64,000 nucleotides of DNA. Origin: an uncultured Actinomycetota bacterium (GTDB lineage Bacteria > Actinomycetota > Actinomycetes > JACCUZ01). The DNA is taken from the NCBI GenBank assembly GCA_963746465.1, contig CAVVAY010000013.1:10755-74754 (forward strand), written 5' to 3'. Below are positions 40,197-49,192 of the stretch, in pieces. Under the pieces are notes generated by a model. It saw only the letters and a program-made list of their open reading frames with translations. It made no database searches and was not told the DNA's origin. Both the position numbers and the translations under genes were made by a program. Within the stretch, counting starts at the first letter, position 1. Each line of letters starts with the position of its first letter.

Positions 40197-41071
40197 CAGG
40201 CCGCCTCCCGCCGGTAGTCCTGCCAGGCCCAGCCCAGCGTGCGCCGGGCCAGCACCGAGAGCGCGTGCCGCCGGTACGCCGCCGTGCCCCGGACGTCGTC
40301 GATCGGTGACGCGTCGGCGGCGACCAGGTCGCCGAACCGGGTCGCGACGGCGTCGGGGACGTCGTCGCGCGACTCCCAGAGGCCGTCGTCAGCGAGCGCG
40401 GCCGCGAGGAACTCCTCGGCGGTGCGCGCATGCCGCGGGGTCGGTGCCGCCGAGCCGATCGCCGCGCCGACCGCCCGCCGCTGCGGGTGCAGCGCCAGCC
40501 CGAAGGACGTCACAGCGATCACCATCGCGTTGCGGGTGCCGATCTTGGCGAACTGCTGGGGCCCAGCCACCGGTGGCAGCAGGACGGCGGCGATCAGCTC
40601 GTCCGGCTCCAGCGCACTCTTCTTGACGCCGGTGAAGAAGTCGGCCACCGGCACCTGTCGCACTCCGCGCACCGACTCGACCTCGACCACGGCGTCGACC
40701 GCGAGCAGGACGGGGTGCGCGTCGCCGGCCGGCGAGGCCGAGCCCAGGTTGCCGCCGACCGTGCCGCGCACCCGGATCTGCGGGGACCCCACGGTCCGCG
40801 ACGCCATCGCCAGCCCCGGTGCTTGCGCGGCCAGCTCGGTCATCACCCGGGCGAAGGTCACGCCGGCGCCCAGCCGGATGCCGCCGTCCTCTGCGCGCGA
40901 CCACTCGCGCAGCTCCTCGACCCGGGTCAGGTCGATCAGGACGTCCGGCCGGTGCCGGTCGAAGTTGAGCTCGACCATCACGTCGGTGCCGCCGGCGATG
41001 GGCACCGCACCGGGATGCTCGCTGCGCGCGGCCAGCGCGTCGGCCCACGTGCTCGGCGCGAGGAACTCCAC
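40196..41071 (-). CDS. FAD-binding medium subunit of xanthine dehydrogenase (CoxM-like)
   Basis: About 291 aa. FAD_binding_5 (PIAGGTDVMVELNF) and CO-dehydrogenase flavoprotein C-terminal domain. Start approximate (GTG in VGVEFLAP). Confidence 0.75.
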   Translation of the reverse strand: MEFLAPSTWADALAARSEHPGAVPIAGGTDVMVELNFDRHRPDVLIDLTRVEELREWSRAEDGGIRLGAGVTFARVMTELAAQAPGLAMASRTVGSPQIRVRGTVGGNLGSASPAGDAHPVLLAVDAVVEVESVRGVRQVPVADFFTGVKKSALEPDELIAAVLLPPVAGPQQFAKIGTRNAMVIAVTSFGLALHPQRRAVGAAIGSAAPTPRHARTAEEFLAAALADDGLWESRDDVPDAVATRFGDLVAADASPIDDVRGTAAYRRHALSVLARRTLGWAWQDYRREAA

Positions 41072-41121
41072 TCCGACGACCCCTTCCCTCGGTGGGAGTG
41101 AACATAGGGCGTCCGGAGCGG

Positions 41122-42072
41122 TCAGGCGAGGCGGGCATGCAGCCGGACGACCGTCCCGGCGGCGCCGGACCTGATCTGCACCAGGTCGCACAGCTGGTTG
41201 GCCAGCCACACCCCGCGACCGCCCATCCGGTCCACCGACGGGTGCTCGCGGCCGATCAGCGGGTCGGCGATGGTCCCGCTGTCGGACACCTCGCAGACCA
41301 GCGCCGAGGCCTCCCGCCAGAGCCGCAGCACACCAGCCCCACCGCCGTGCATCAGGCTGTTCGCCGCGATCTCGTCGACGCACAGCACCAGGTCCTCGGT
41401 CTCAGCCGACGGCATGCCGTGCTCGGCGCAGGTGCGCTGCACCAGCCGGCGTACCGCGCCCAGCTCCCCGGTCCCGAAGGCCAGCTCGACCGGGGCCCCG
41501 CCCGGCGGCGGCAACGGCCGGTGCCGCAGCGCGCGACGCGGCCGCTCCGGTCGGTAGCGGTCACTGGACGACCAGGTGCCGGCGTCCAGCACCATCGGGT
41601 GGTTCGCCCGGGCCTCCTCGATGACCTCGCCCGGCAGCGCGGTGACGTCGTACGGGCAGAGCAGCCGCCAGGCCGGACCGCCCTCGAACGCCAGGTTCAG
41701 CAGCGACTCGTGCTGGTGGCACTCGGCCAGCTCCGCCTCGCTGCGGCCGGCCCAGATCGGCTCGCCCAGCCCCCGGACCGAGCGACCGGCGGCGAGGTTC
41801 CTCGCGAGGAAGTCCCGCCACACCGGAATGATCCGCGCCGGGTTCGCACCCACCTCGGCCATGTCGACGATCTGCACGCCGGGCACACCGAGGAACAGCG
41901 ACCGCAGGGCGGCGAGCCGCTCACCGCCGGTGGCGACCAGCACGGCCTCGTCGCGCTCGATGCCCTCCCGGAGGAAACCGCAGACCTCTTCCAGGAACTC
42001 GGGCAGCGAGGAGTACAGGAAGGCCTCGTGCGAGAACTCGTCGACACGGTCGACCGTCGAGGCACTGGTCAC
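41122..42072 (-). CDS. MEDS-domain protein fused to HATPase_c (RsbW-like anti-sigma-factor/Ser-kinase module)
   Basis: 316 aa from GTG. N-terminal HEAFLYSS...VLVATGG...CPYD pattern fits the MEDS domain. C-terminal [20 protein letters not shown]...[10 protein letters not shown] fits a GHKL ATPase. Ends 50 bp upstream of the xdh operon. Confidence 0.6.
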   Translation of the reverse strand: MTSASTVDRVDEFSHEAFLYSSLPEFLEEVCGFLREGIERDEAVLVATGGERLAALRSLFLGVPGVQIVDMAEVGANPARIIPVWRDFLARNLAAGRSVRGLGEPIWAGRSEAELAECHQHESLLNLAFEGGPAWRLLCPYDVTALPGEVIEEARANHPMVLDAGTWSSSDRYRPERPRRALRHRPLPPPGGAPVELAFGTGELGAVRRLVQRTCAEHGMPSAETEDLVLCVDEIAANSLMHGGGAGVLRLWREASALVCEVSDSGTIADPLIGREHPSVDRMGGRGVWLANQLCDLVQIRSGAAGTVVRLHARLA

Positions 42073-42204
42073 CGGGTCACCGTACGCCGGATCGACGATC
42101 CCCGTCGTACGACCGCAAACGCGGACCAACTGCCCTTGACCGGGCAACGACCTGCTCCCTAGGGTCGCGCAGCAGGAGAGACCTCCACATGCGGGAGGAC
42201 AGGT

Positions 42205-43407
42205 GTGACCGCAGCGTCGCGGCTGACCGTGGTCGTCGCCCCCGACTCGTTCAAAGGGAGCCTCCCTGCGCACGAGGTGGCGGCGGCGGTCGAGACCGGC
42301 CTGCGCTCGGCGGCCGCCGGCTCCGGGGCGGAGCTCGAGATACGCCGGCACCCGGTGGCCGACGGCGGCGAGGGCACCGTGGACGTCCTGCTGGCCGCCG
42401 GCTGGCGACGCCGCGAACGCACGGTGGCAGGCCCCACCGGCGAGCCGGTCCGCGCCGCGTTCGCCCTGTCGCCCGACGGTGCCGGGACGCTCACGGCGGT
42501 CGTGGAGCTCGCGGCGGCGTCCGGGCTCACTCTGCTGCCCGGCGCGACCCCGGACCCGCGCAACGCGGGCACGCACGGCACCGGCGAGCTGATCGCGGCC
42601 GCGCTGGAGGAGGGTGTCGCACGCCTGGTGCTCGGCATCGGCGGCAGCGCGACGACCGACGGCGGTGCCGGGATGGCCGCGGCTCTCGGCGTCCGCCTGC
42701 TGGACGGCAGCGACCGGCCGCTCCCGGCCGGCGGCGCGGCGCTGACCGGGCTGGCCCGGATCGACACCTCACGCCTGGACCGGCGGCTGGCCGGCACGGA
42801 GGTCGTCGTCGCCTGCGACGTCGACAACCCGTTGACCGGTCCGACAGGGGCCGCCGCGGTGTACGGACCGCAGAAGGGCGCGACTGCCGCCGACGTCACC
42901 GTGCTCGACGCCGGGCTGGCCCGCCTGGCGCAGCTGCTGCACCGAGACCACGACATCGACGTCGACCGGATTCCCGGCGCGGGCGCCGCAGGTGGTGTGG
43001 GGGCAGGTGCGGTGGCCTTCCTCGGCGCCCGCCTCACACCCGGCATCGACCTGCTGCTCGACCTCGTCGGCTTCGACCAGGCGCTGGTCGGCGCCCACCT
43101 CGTGATCACCGGCGAGGGCTCCTTCGACCACCAGTCGCTGGCCGGCAAGGCACCGGTGGGAGTCGCGCGCCGGGCTCGCGCCGCCGGCGTGCCGGTCGTG
43201 GTGCTGGCCGGGCGGGTCGACCTGGACGCCGCCGACCGGGCCCGGCTCGCCGACCTCGGGATCATCAGCACCTGTGCGCTGCTCGACCTGGAGCCGGACC
43301 CCGCTCTCGCGATGGCGCGGCCCGGCCCGTTGCTGGGCGAGCTCGCGGCCCGGGCGTTCCACGCCCTCCCCACCAGGTCGAGCGCGCAACCGAGAGGAGC
43401 AGCATGA
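42205..43407 (+). CDS. Glycerate kinase
   Basis: 400 aa. Motifs [32 protein letters not shown]. Its stop overlaps the malate synthase ATG (ATGA). Confidence 0.85.
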   Translation: MTAASRLTVVVAPDSFKGSLPAHEVAAAVETGLRSAAAGSGAELEIRRHPVADGGEGTVDVLLAAGWRRRERTVAGPTGEPVRAAFALSPDGAGTLTAVVELAAASGLTLLPGATPDPRNAGTHGTGELIAAALEEGVARLVLGIGGSATTDGGAGMAAALGVRLLDGSDRPLPAGGAALTGLARIDTSRLDRRLAGTEVVVACDVDNPLTGPTGAAAVYGPQKGATAADVTVLDAGLARLAQLLHRDHDIDVDRIPGAGAAGGVGAGAVAFLGARLTPGIDLLLDLVGFDQALVGAHLVITGEGSFDHQSLAGKAPVGVARRARAAGVPVVVLAGRVDLDAADRARLADLGIISTCALLDLEPDPALAMARPGPLLGELAARAFHALPTRSSAQPRGAA

Positions 43408-44999
43408 CCGACAGCAGCGTCCGGATCGACGGACCGATGAAGGACCGGTACGACGAGGTCCTGACCGATGAGGCGCTCGCCTTCCTGGCCGACCTGCACC
43501 GCCGCTTCGACGCCCGACGCCGTGAGCTGCTGGCCCTGCGGGACCAGCGGTACGCCGAGCTGGCCGCCGGCGAAATGCTCGACTTCCTTCCCGAGACCAA
43601 GGACGTCCGCGAGGACGACAGCTGGCGGGTCGCCCCGCCTGCTCCCGGTCTGGTCGACCGGCGGGCCGAGATCACCGGCCCGACCGACCGCAAGATGACC
43701 ATCAACGCGCTCAACTCCGGTGCCCGGGTGTGGCTGGCCGACCTCGAGGATGCCAACACCCCGCTGTGGGAGAACCTGGTCGAGGGACAGCTGAACCTGC
43801 GCGACGCGATCGACCGGCAGATCGACTTCAGCTCGCCCGAAGGCAAGTCCTACGCACTTGCCGACGACGTCGCGACCATCGTGGTCCGGCCGCGTGGCTG
43901 GCACCTGCCGGAGAAGCACATCCTGGTCGACGATCAGCGGACCTCCGGCAGCCTCACCGACTTCGGCCTCTACTTCTTCCACTGCGCGCAGCGCCAGCTC
44001 GACAACGGGCTCGGGCCGTACTTCTACCTGCCGAAGATGGAGAGCCACCTCGAGGCCCGGCTGTGGAACGACGTCTTCGTGCACGCGCAGGACGCTCTGG
44101 GCATCCCGCAGGGGACGATCCGGGCCACCGTGCTGATCGAGACCTATCCGGCCGCCTTCGAGATGGAGGAGATCCTCTACGAGCTGCGTGACCACTCGGC
44201 CGGCCTGAACGCGGGCCGCTGGGACTACATGTTCTCGGTCATCAAGAAGTTCCGCACTCGCGGCGAGGACTTCCTGCTGCCGGACCGCAACGCAGTGACC
44301 ATGACGGTGCCGTTCATGCGGGCCTACACCGAGCTGCTGGTGCGCACCTGCCACAAGCGCGGCGCGCACGCGATCGGCGGGATGGCCGCGTTCATCCCGA
44401 GCAAGGACGAGGAGACGAACAGGGCCGCGTTCGAGAAGGTCCGCGACGACAAGACCCGGGAGGCCGGCGACGGGTTCGACGGGTCCTGGGTGGCCCACCC
44501 GGCGATGGTGCCCCTGTGCACCGAGGTGTTCGACGCGGTGCTCGGCGACCGGCCCAACCAGGTCGACCGGACCCGGGACGAGGTGCAGGTCAGCGCCGAG
44601 CAGCTGCTCGACGTGAAGAGCACGCCCGGCGCGGTCACCGAGGGCGGCCTGCGGTCCAACATCAGCGTCGGCGTGCAGTACCTCGAGGCCTGGCTGCGCG
44701 GCTCGGGCGCGGTCGGCATCAACAACATGATGGAGGACGCCGCCACCGCGGAGATCTCGCGGTCGCAGGTGTGGCAGTGGCTGCACAACGACATCCGGCT
44801 GGACAACGGCGAGACCGTCACCCGTGACCTGGTGGAGCGCCTGATCGAGGAGGAGGTCGGGACCATCCGGTCGAAGGTAGGCGACGAGGCGTTCGCGAAG
44901 GGGCGGTGGGAGGACGCACGCGGGTTGTTCACCGAGATGGCGCTGTCCGAGGACTTCGAGGACTTCCTGACCATCCCGGCGTACGAGCGCATGCCCTAG
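43404..44999 (+). CDS. aceB: Malate synthase A
   Basis: 531 aa. Motifs [32 protein letters not shown]. Confidence 0.9.
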   Translation: MTDSSVRIDGPMKDRYDEVLTDEALAFLADLHRRFDARRRELLALRDQRYAELAAGEMLDFLPETKDVREDDSWRVAPPAPGLVDRRAEITGPTDRKMTINALNSGARVWLADLEDANTPLWENLVEGQLNLRDAIDRQIDFSSPEGKSYALADDVATIVVRPRGWHLPEKHILVDDQRTSGSLTDFGLYFFHCAQRQLDNGLGPYFYLPKMESHLEARLWNDVFVHAQDALGIPQGTIRATVLIETYPAAFEMEEILYELRDHSAGLNAGRWDYMFSVIKKFRTRGEDFLLPDRNAVTMTVPFMRAYTELLVRTCHKRGAHAIGGMAAFIPSKDEETNRAAFEKVRDDKTREAGDGFDGSWVAHPAMVPLCTEVFDAVLGDRPNQVDRTRDEVQVSAEQLLDVKSTPGAVTEGGLRSNISVGVQYLEAWLRGSGAVGINNMMEDAATAEISRSQVWQWLHNDIRLDNGETVTRDLVERLIEEEVGTIRSKVGDEAFAKGRWEDARGLFTEMALSEDFEDFLTIPAYERMP

Positions 45000-45009
45000 G
45001 GCGCAGGCC

Positions 45010-46476
45010 GTGACCACGGGGACTCTCGACCGGCTCGCCGCCCGGCTGCGCGCCGAGCTGGGCGACGACGCCGTCCTGACCGACCGGGCGCAGCTGCGCA
45101 CCTACGAGTGCGACGGCCTGGCTCAGTACAAGGTGACCCCGGCGATCGTGGTGCTGCCGCGCAGCACCGCGCAGGTGGCCGACGTCGTGCGCGGGTGCAT
45201 CGACGCGAAGGTGCCGTACGTCGCACGCGGCTCCGGCACCGGGCTGTCCGGCGGGGCGCTGCCGCACGCCGACGGTGTCCTCGTCGTCCTCTCGCAGATG
45301 CGGGAGGTCATCGACGTCGACCCGGCCGACCAGCGGGCGGTGGTGCAGCCCGGCGTCATCAACCTGCAGGTGACCCGGTCCGCCGCGCCGGCTGGCTACT
45401 ACTACGCCCCGGACCCGTCCAGCCAGCAGATCTGCTCGATCGGCGGCAACGTCGCGGAGAACTCGGGCGGTGCTCACTGTCTGAAGTACGGCTTCACCAC
45501 CAACCACGTCGCCGGCCTCGAGGTCGTGGTGCCCGACGGGACGGTGGTCCGGCTCGGCGGCCGCGCGCCCGATCCGCCCGGCTACGACCTGATCGGCGCG
45601 TTCGTCGGGTCCGAGGGCACCCTCGGCATCACCACTGAGGTCACCGTGCGCCTCACCCGGGCTCCCGAGACGGTGCGCACCCTGCTGGCCGCCTTCCCGT
45701 CGACCGACGAGGCCGGCGGTGCGGTGTCCGCGGTCATCGGCGCCGGCGTCGTGCCGGCCGCGATCGAGATGATGGACGCCCTCGCCATCGAGGCGGCCGA
45801 GGCCGCCGTGCACTGCAACTACCCGGCGGGTGCCGGTGCCGTGCTGGTGGTCGAGCTGGACGGCCCGCGCGCCGAGGTGGAGGCGCAGTTCGCCGAGGTG
45901 GAGCGGCACTGCCACGACAACGGCGCGTTCGAGATCCGGATCGCCCAGGACGATGCCGAGCGCGCGCTGTTCTGGAAAGGCCGCAAGTCGGCGTTCGCCG
46001 CCGTCGGCCGGATCAGCCCTGACTACATCGTGCAGGACGGCGTCATCCCGCGAACTGCGCTGCCCGAGGTGCTGCGCCGGATCGCTTCGCTGTCCGACGG
46101 GTCAGGAGTGCGGGTCGCCAACGTGTTCCACGCCGGCGACGGCAACCTGCACCCGCTGGTGCTCTTCGACGACGCCGTCGCCGGCCAGACCGAGGAGGCC
46201 GAGCAGGTGTCGGCGTCGATCCTCGACCTGTGCATCGAGCACGGCGGCTCGATCACCGGCGAGCACGGCGTCGGCGTCGACAAGGCGAGGTACATGCCGC
46301 GGATGTACACCGAGGACGACCTGGACACGATGCAGATGCTCCGCTGTGCCTTCGACCCGCACCACCTGTCCAACCCGGGCAAGGTCTTTCCCACACCCCG
46401 GCTGTGCGGCGAGATCCCGGGCCGGCACAAGGGCCCGCACCCGCTGCAGCAGGCCGGTCTGGCGGAGGTGTTCTGA
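45010..46476 (+). CDS. glcD: Glycolate oxidase FAD-linked subunit
   Basis: FAD_binding_4 (ARGSGTGLSGGALP) and FAD-oxidase C-terminus. Starts 10 bp after aceB. Confidence 0.85.
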   Translation: MTTGTLDRLAARLRAELGDDAVLTDRAQLRTYECDGLAQYKVTPAIVVLPRSTAQVADVVRGCIDAKVPYVARGSGTGLSGGALPHADGVLVVLSQMREVIDVDPADQRAVVQPGVINLQVTRSAAPAGYYYAPDPSSQQICSIGGNVAENSGGAHCLKYGFTTNHVAGLEVVVPDGTVVRLGGRAPDPPGYDLIGAFVGSEGTLGITTEVTVRLTRAPETVRTLLAAFPSTDEAGGAVSAVIGAGVVPAAIEMMDALAIEAAEAAVHCNYPAGAGAVLVVELDGPRAEVEAQFAEVERHCHDNGAFEIRIAQDDAERALFWKGRKSAFAAVGRISPDYIVQDGVIPRTALPEVLRRIASLSDGSGVRVANVFHAGDGNLHPLVLFDDAVAGQTEEAEQVSASILDLCIEHGGSITGEHGVGVDKARYMPRMYTEDDLDTMQMLRCAFDPHHLSNPGKVFPTPRLCGEIPGRHKGPHPLQQAGLAEVF

Positions 46477-46477
46477 C

Positions 46478-47725
46478 GTGGCGGCGGGCGACCCGGTGCG
46501 CGACGACCTGAAGAAGGTCGCGCAGGCCCGGGCCGTCCGCGGGGCGCGTGACGACATCGCGGGCGTCCGGCCCCGCTACGTCGCGTCACCGGCCTCGACC
46601 GACGAGGTGGCCGAGGTGATCCGGGTGGCGGCGCGGCACGACCTGACCGTCGTGCCCCGTGGGGCCGGCACCACGATCGGCTGGGGAGTGCCGCCCTCGC
46701 GTGCCGACCTCGTGCTGGACACCACGCGCATCACCGGCGTCGTCGAGCACGCGGCCGGCGACCTCGTCGTCACGGTCCGCGCCGGGACGCCGGTCAGCGA
46801 GCTGCAGGGCGTGGTGGCCGAAGCCGGCCAGCAGCTCGCGCTGGACACGCCCTATCCCGCGGCCACTGTCGGCGGCACGCTGGCGGTGGGCACCAGCGGG
46901 CCGCGGCGGCTGCTCTACGGCACCGCGCGTGACCTGCTGATCGGCGTCACCTTCGTCCGGGGCGACGGCGTCGTCGCCAAGGCCGGCGGCAGGGTGGTGA
47001 AGAACGTCGCGGGCTACGACTTCGGCAAGCTGCTCCACGGGTCCTTCGGCACCCTCGGCGTCATCACCGAGGCGGTGTTCCGCCTGCACCCGCGCCCGGC
47101 CGCACGCCGCACCGTGACCGCGCTCTGCGTCGACGCCGCCTCGGCCGGGCGGGCAGCACTGTCCGTCCTCGGCTCGCAGGTCGTGCCGACGGCGGTCGAG
47201 ATCGACGCGCTGGACGACGGCAGCGTGGCGGTCACGGTGCTGATCGAGGGTGTCGAGGCCGGCGTCGAGGGCCGGACCGCGGTGGTCCTGGAGCTGCTCG
47301 GCAGCGACGCGACCGAAGGTGGCGAGCCCCCGCCGGGTTTCGGGTCCCTGCCGTTCGACGCCGACGGCACCGGCCTGAAGGTCACCTCGTCGCTGAGCGG
47401 GGTCGCACCGGTGCTCGCGGCTGCCCAGCTGATCGCGCAGCACCAGGACGTCGCGCTGGCCGTCCGCGGCTCGGCAGCCGGTGTCCTCTACGCCGGGCTG
47501 CCCGCGTCGACCGACCCGGCGGCGGCCGCGGCGGTCGTCGTCGGCCTGCGCGCGGCAGCGGCGCCGTACGACGGGACCGTCAGCGTGCTCACCGCCCCGG
47601 CCGAGGTCCGTGACAAGGTCGACGTGTGGGGGCCGGTGCCCGGCCTCGAGGTGATGCGCCGCCTCAAGCACGAGCTCGACCCCGCTCACCGGCTCTCGCC
47701 GGGCCGCTTCGTCGGAGGTATCTGA
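46478..47725 (+). CDS. glcE: Glycolate oxidase FAD-binding subunit
   Basis: GTG 46478 is 1 nt after the glcD stop. FAD_binding_4 (VVPRGAGTTIGWG). Confidence 0.8.
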   Translation: MAAGDPVRDDLKKVAQARAVRGARDDIAGVRPRYVASPASTDEVAEVIRVAARHDLTVVPRGAGTTIGWGVPPSRADLVLDTTRITGVVEHAAGDLVVTVRAGTPVSELQGVVAEAGQQLALDTPYPAATVGGTLAVGTSGPRRLLYGTARDLLIGVTFVRGDGVVAKAGGRVVKNVAGYDFGKLLHGSFGTLGVITEAVFRLHPRPAARRTVTALCVDAASAGRAALSVLGSQVVPTAVEIDALDDGSVAVTVLIEGVEAGVEGRTAVVLELLGSDATEGGEPPPGFGSLPFDADGTGLKVTSSLSGVAPVLAAAQLIAQHQDVALAVRGSAAGVLYAGLPASTDPAAAAAVVVGLRAAAAPYDGTVSVLTAPAEVRDKVDVWGPVPGLEVMRRLKHELDPAHRLSPGRFVGGI

Positions 47726-47728
47726 CAC

Positions 47729-49141
47729 ATGACGTCGCCACCCGTAGACGCGACGCACGGCACCCTCGGCGAGGACGGGCCGCAGCGGACGCCGGCGCCC
47801 GCCGGCGTACCGGCCTTCGACGCCCACCGACCGCCGTCGGCCGAGCTGGCCGCCGACTGCGTGCACTGCGGCTTCTGCCTGCCGACCTGCCCTACCTACG
47901 CGCTCTGGGGCGAGGAGATGGACAGCCCGCGCGGGCGCATCTACCTGATGCAGGCCGGCCTGGACGGCGAACCGCTGTCCGACGCGATGGTCGGGCACTT
48001 CGACGCCTGCCTCGGCTGCATGGCCTGCGTGACGGCGTGCCCGTCCGGCGTGCAGTACGACAAGCTGATCGAGGCGACCCGGGCCCAGGTCGAGCGCCGG
48101 CATCGCCGGCCGCTGAGCGACCGGCTGCTGCGCGGGGCGATCTTCGCGCTGTTCCCGCACCCGCGGCGGCTGAGGCTGCTGCGCGGCCCGCTCACGGCGT
48201 ACCGGCGGTCCGGGCTGCAGCGTGCGGTCCAGCGCAGCGGTGTGCTGCACCGGCTCTCGCCGAGCCTGGCTGCGATGGAGTCGCTGGCTCCCGTGGTGCG
48301 AGCCGCGCCGCCACTGCCCGAGCGGGTCGCGGCCCGCGGCCCGCGCCGGGCCGTGGTCGGAATGCTCACCGGCTGCGTGCAGCGGGAGTTCTTCCCGCGG
48401 GTCAACGCCGCCACCGCCCGAGTCCTGGCCATGGAGGGCTGCGACGTCGTCATCCCGCGCAACCAGAGCTGCTGCGGAGCTCTGAGCGTGCACAACGGGC
48501 GCGAGGCCGAGGCGATGGCCTTCGCCCGTAGCACGGTCGACACCTTCGAGGCGGCCGGCGTCGAGCACGTCGTCGTCAACGCGGCGGGCTGCGGCTCGTC
48601 GATGAAGGAGTACGCCGAGCTGCTGCGGGACGACCCGGCGTACGCCGATCGGGCCGCCCGGTTCGCGGCCTCGGTGCGTGACGTGTCCGAGCTGATCGAC
48701 GAGCTCGGGCCGGTCGCCGGCCGGCATCCGCTGCCGATGACCGTCGCCTACCACGACGCCTGCCACCTCGGTCACGCCCAAGGGGTGCGGGCCCAGCCCC
48801 GTGCGTTGCTGCGCGGCATCCCCGGGCTCGAGCTGCGCGAGGTGGCCGACCCGGACATCTGCTGCGGCTCGGCGGGCGTCTACAACTTGCTCTTCCCGCA
48901 GGCCGCCGGCGAGCTCGGCGACCGTAAGGCCCGCTCGGTGCTGGCCACCGGGGCCGAGGTGATGGTCACCGCCAACCCGGGGTGCCTCATGCAGGTCGCG
49001 GCAGCCGTCGAGCGGCAGGGCGGCCGGCTGCTGCTGGCCCACACCATCGAGGTCCTCGATGCCTCGTTGCGCGGCCGGACCGTCGAGCAGATGACCCAGG
49101 GACTCGCGCTCGGGTTTACCCGCCGGCAGACTGTGACATAG
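47729..49141 (+). CDS. glcF: Glycolate oxidase iron-sulfur subunit
   Basis: Two 4Fe-4S ferredoxin motifs (CVHCGFCLPTCP, CLGCMACVTACP) and CCG domains (CCGSAG). Confidence 0.8.
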   Translation: MTSPPVDATHGTLGEDGPQRTPAPAGVPAFDAHRPPSAELAADCVHCGFCLPTCPTYALWGEEMDSPRGRIYLMQAGLDGEPLSDAMVGHFDACLGCMACVTACPSGVQYDKLIEATRAQVERRHRRPLSDRLLRGAIFALFPHPRRLRLLRGPLTAYRRSGLQRAVQRSGVLHRLSPSLAAMESLAPVVRAAPPLPERVAARGPRRAVVGMLTGCVQREFFPRVNAATARVLAMEGCDVVIPRNQSCCGALSVHNGREAEAMAFARSTVDTFEAAGVEHVVVNAAGCGSSMKEYAELLRDDPAYADRAARFAASVRDVSELIDELGPVAGRHPLPMTVAYHDACHLGHAQGVRAQPRALLRGIPGLELREVADPDICCGSAGVYNLLFPQAAGELGDRKARSVLATGAEVMVTANPGCLMQVAAAVERQGGRLLLAHTIEVLDASLRGRTVEQMTQGLALGFTRRQTVT

Positions 49142-49192
49142 ACCACATACAGGCGGAAACTGCCCGGCGATTGCACGTCCGGAGGCTGACCC

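Noticed and set aside
42159-45101. 980-aa minus-strand ORF and the 936-aa plus ORF 42189-44999
   Set aside because: The minus ORF is antisense to glycerate kinase/malate synthase. The plus ORF is malate synthase with a spurious 405-codon N-terminal extension through the glycerate kinase gene in another frame.
46586-49042. 818-aa minus-strand ORF
   Set aside because: Antisense to glcE/glcF. G/R/P-rich with no domains.
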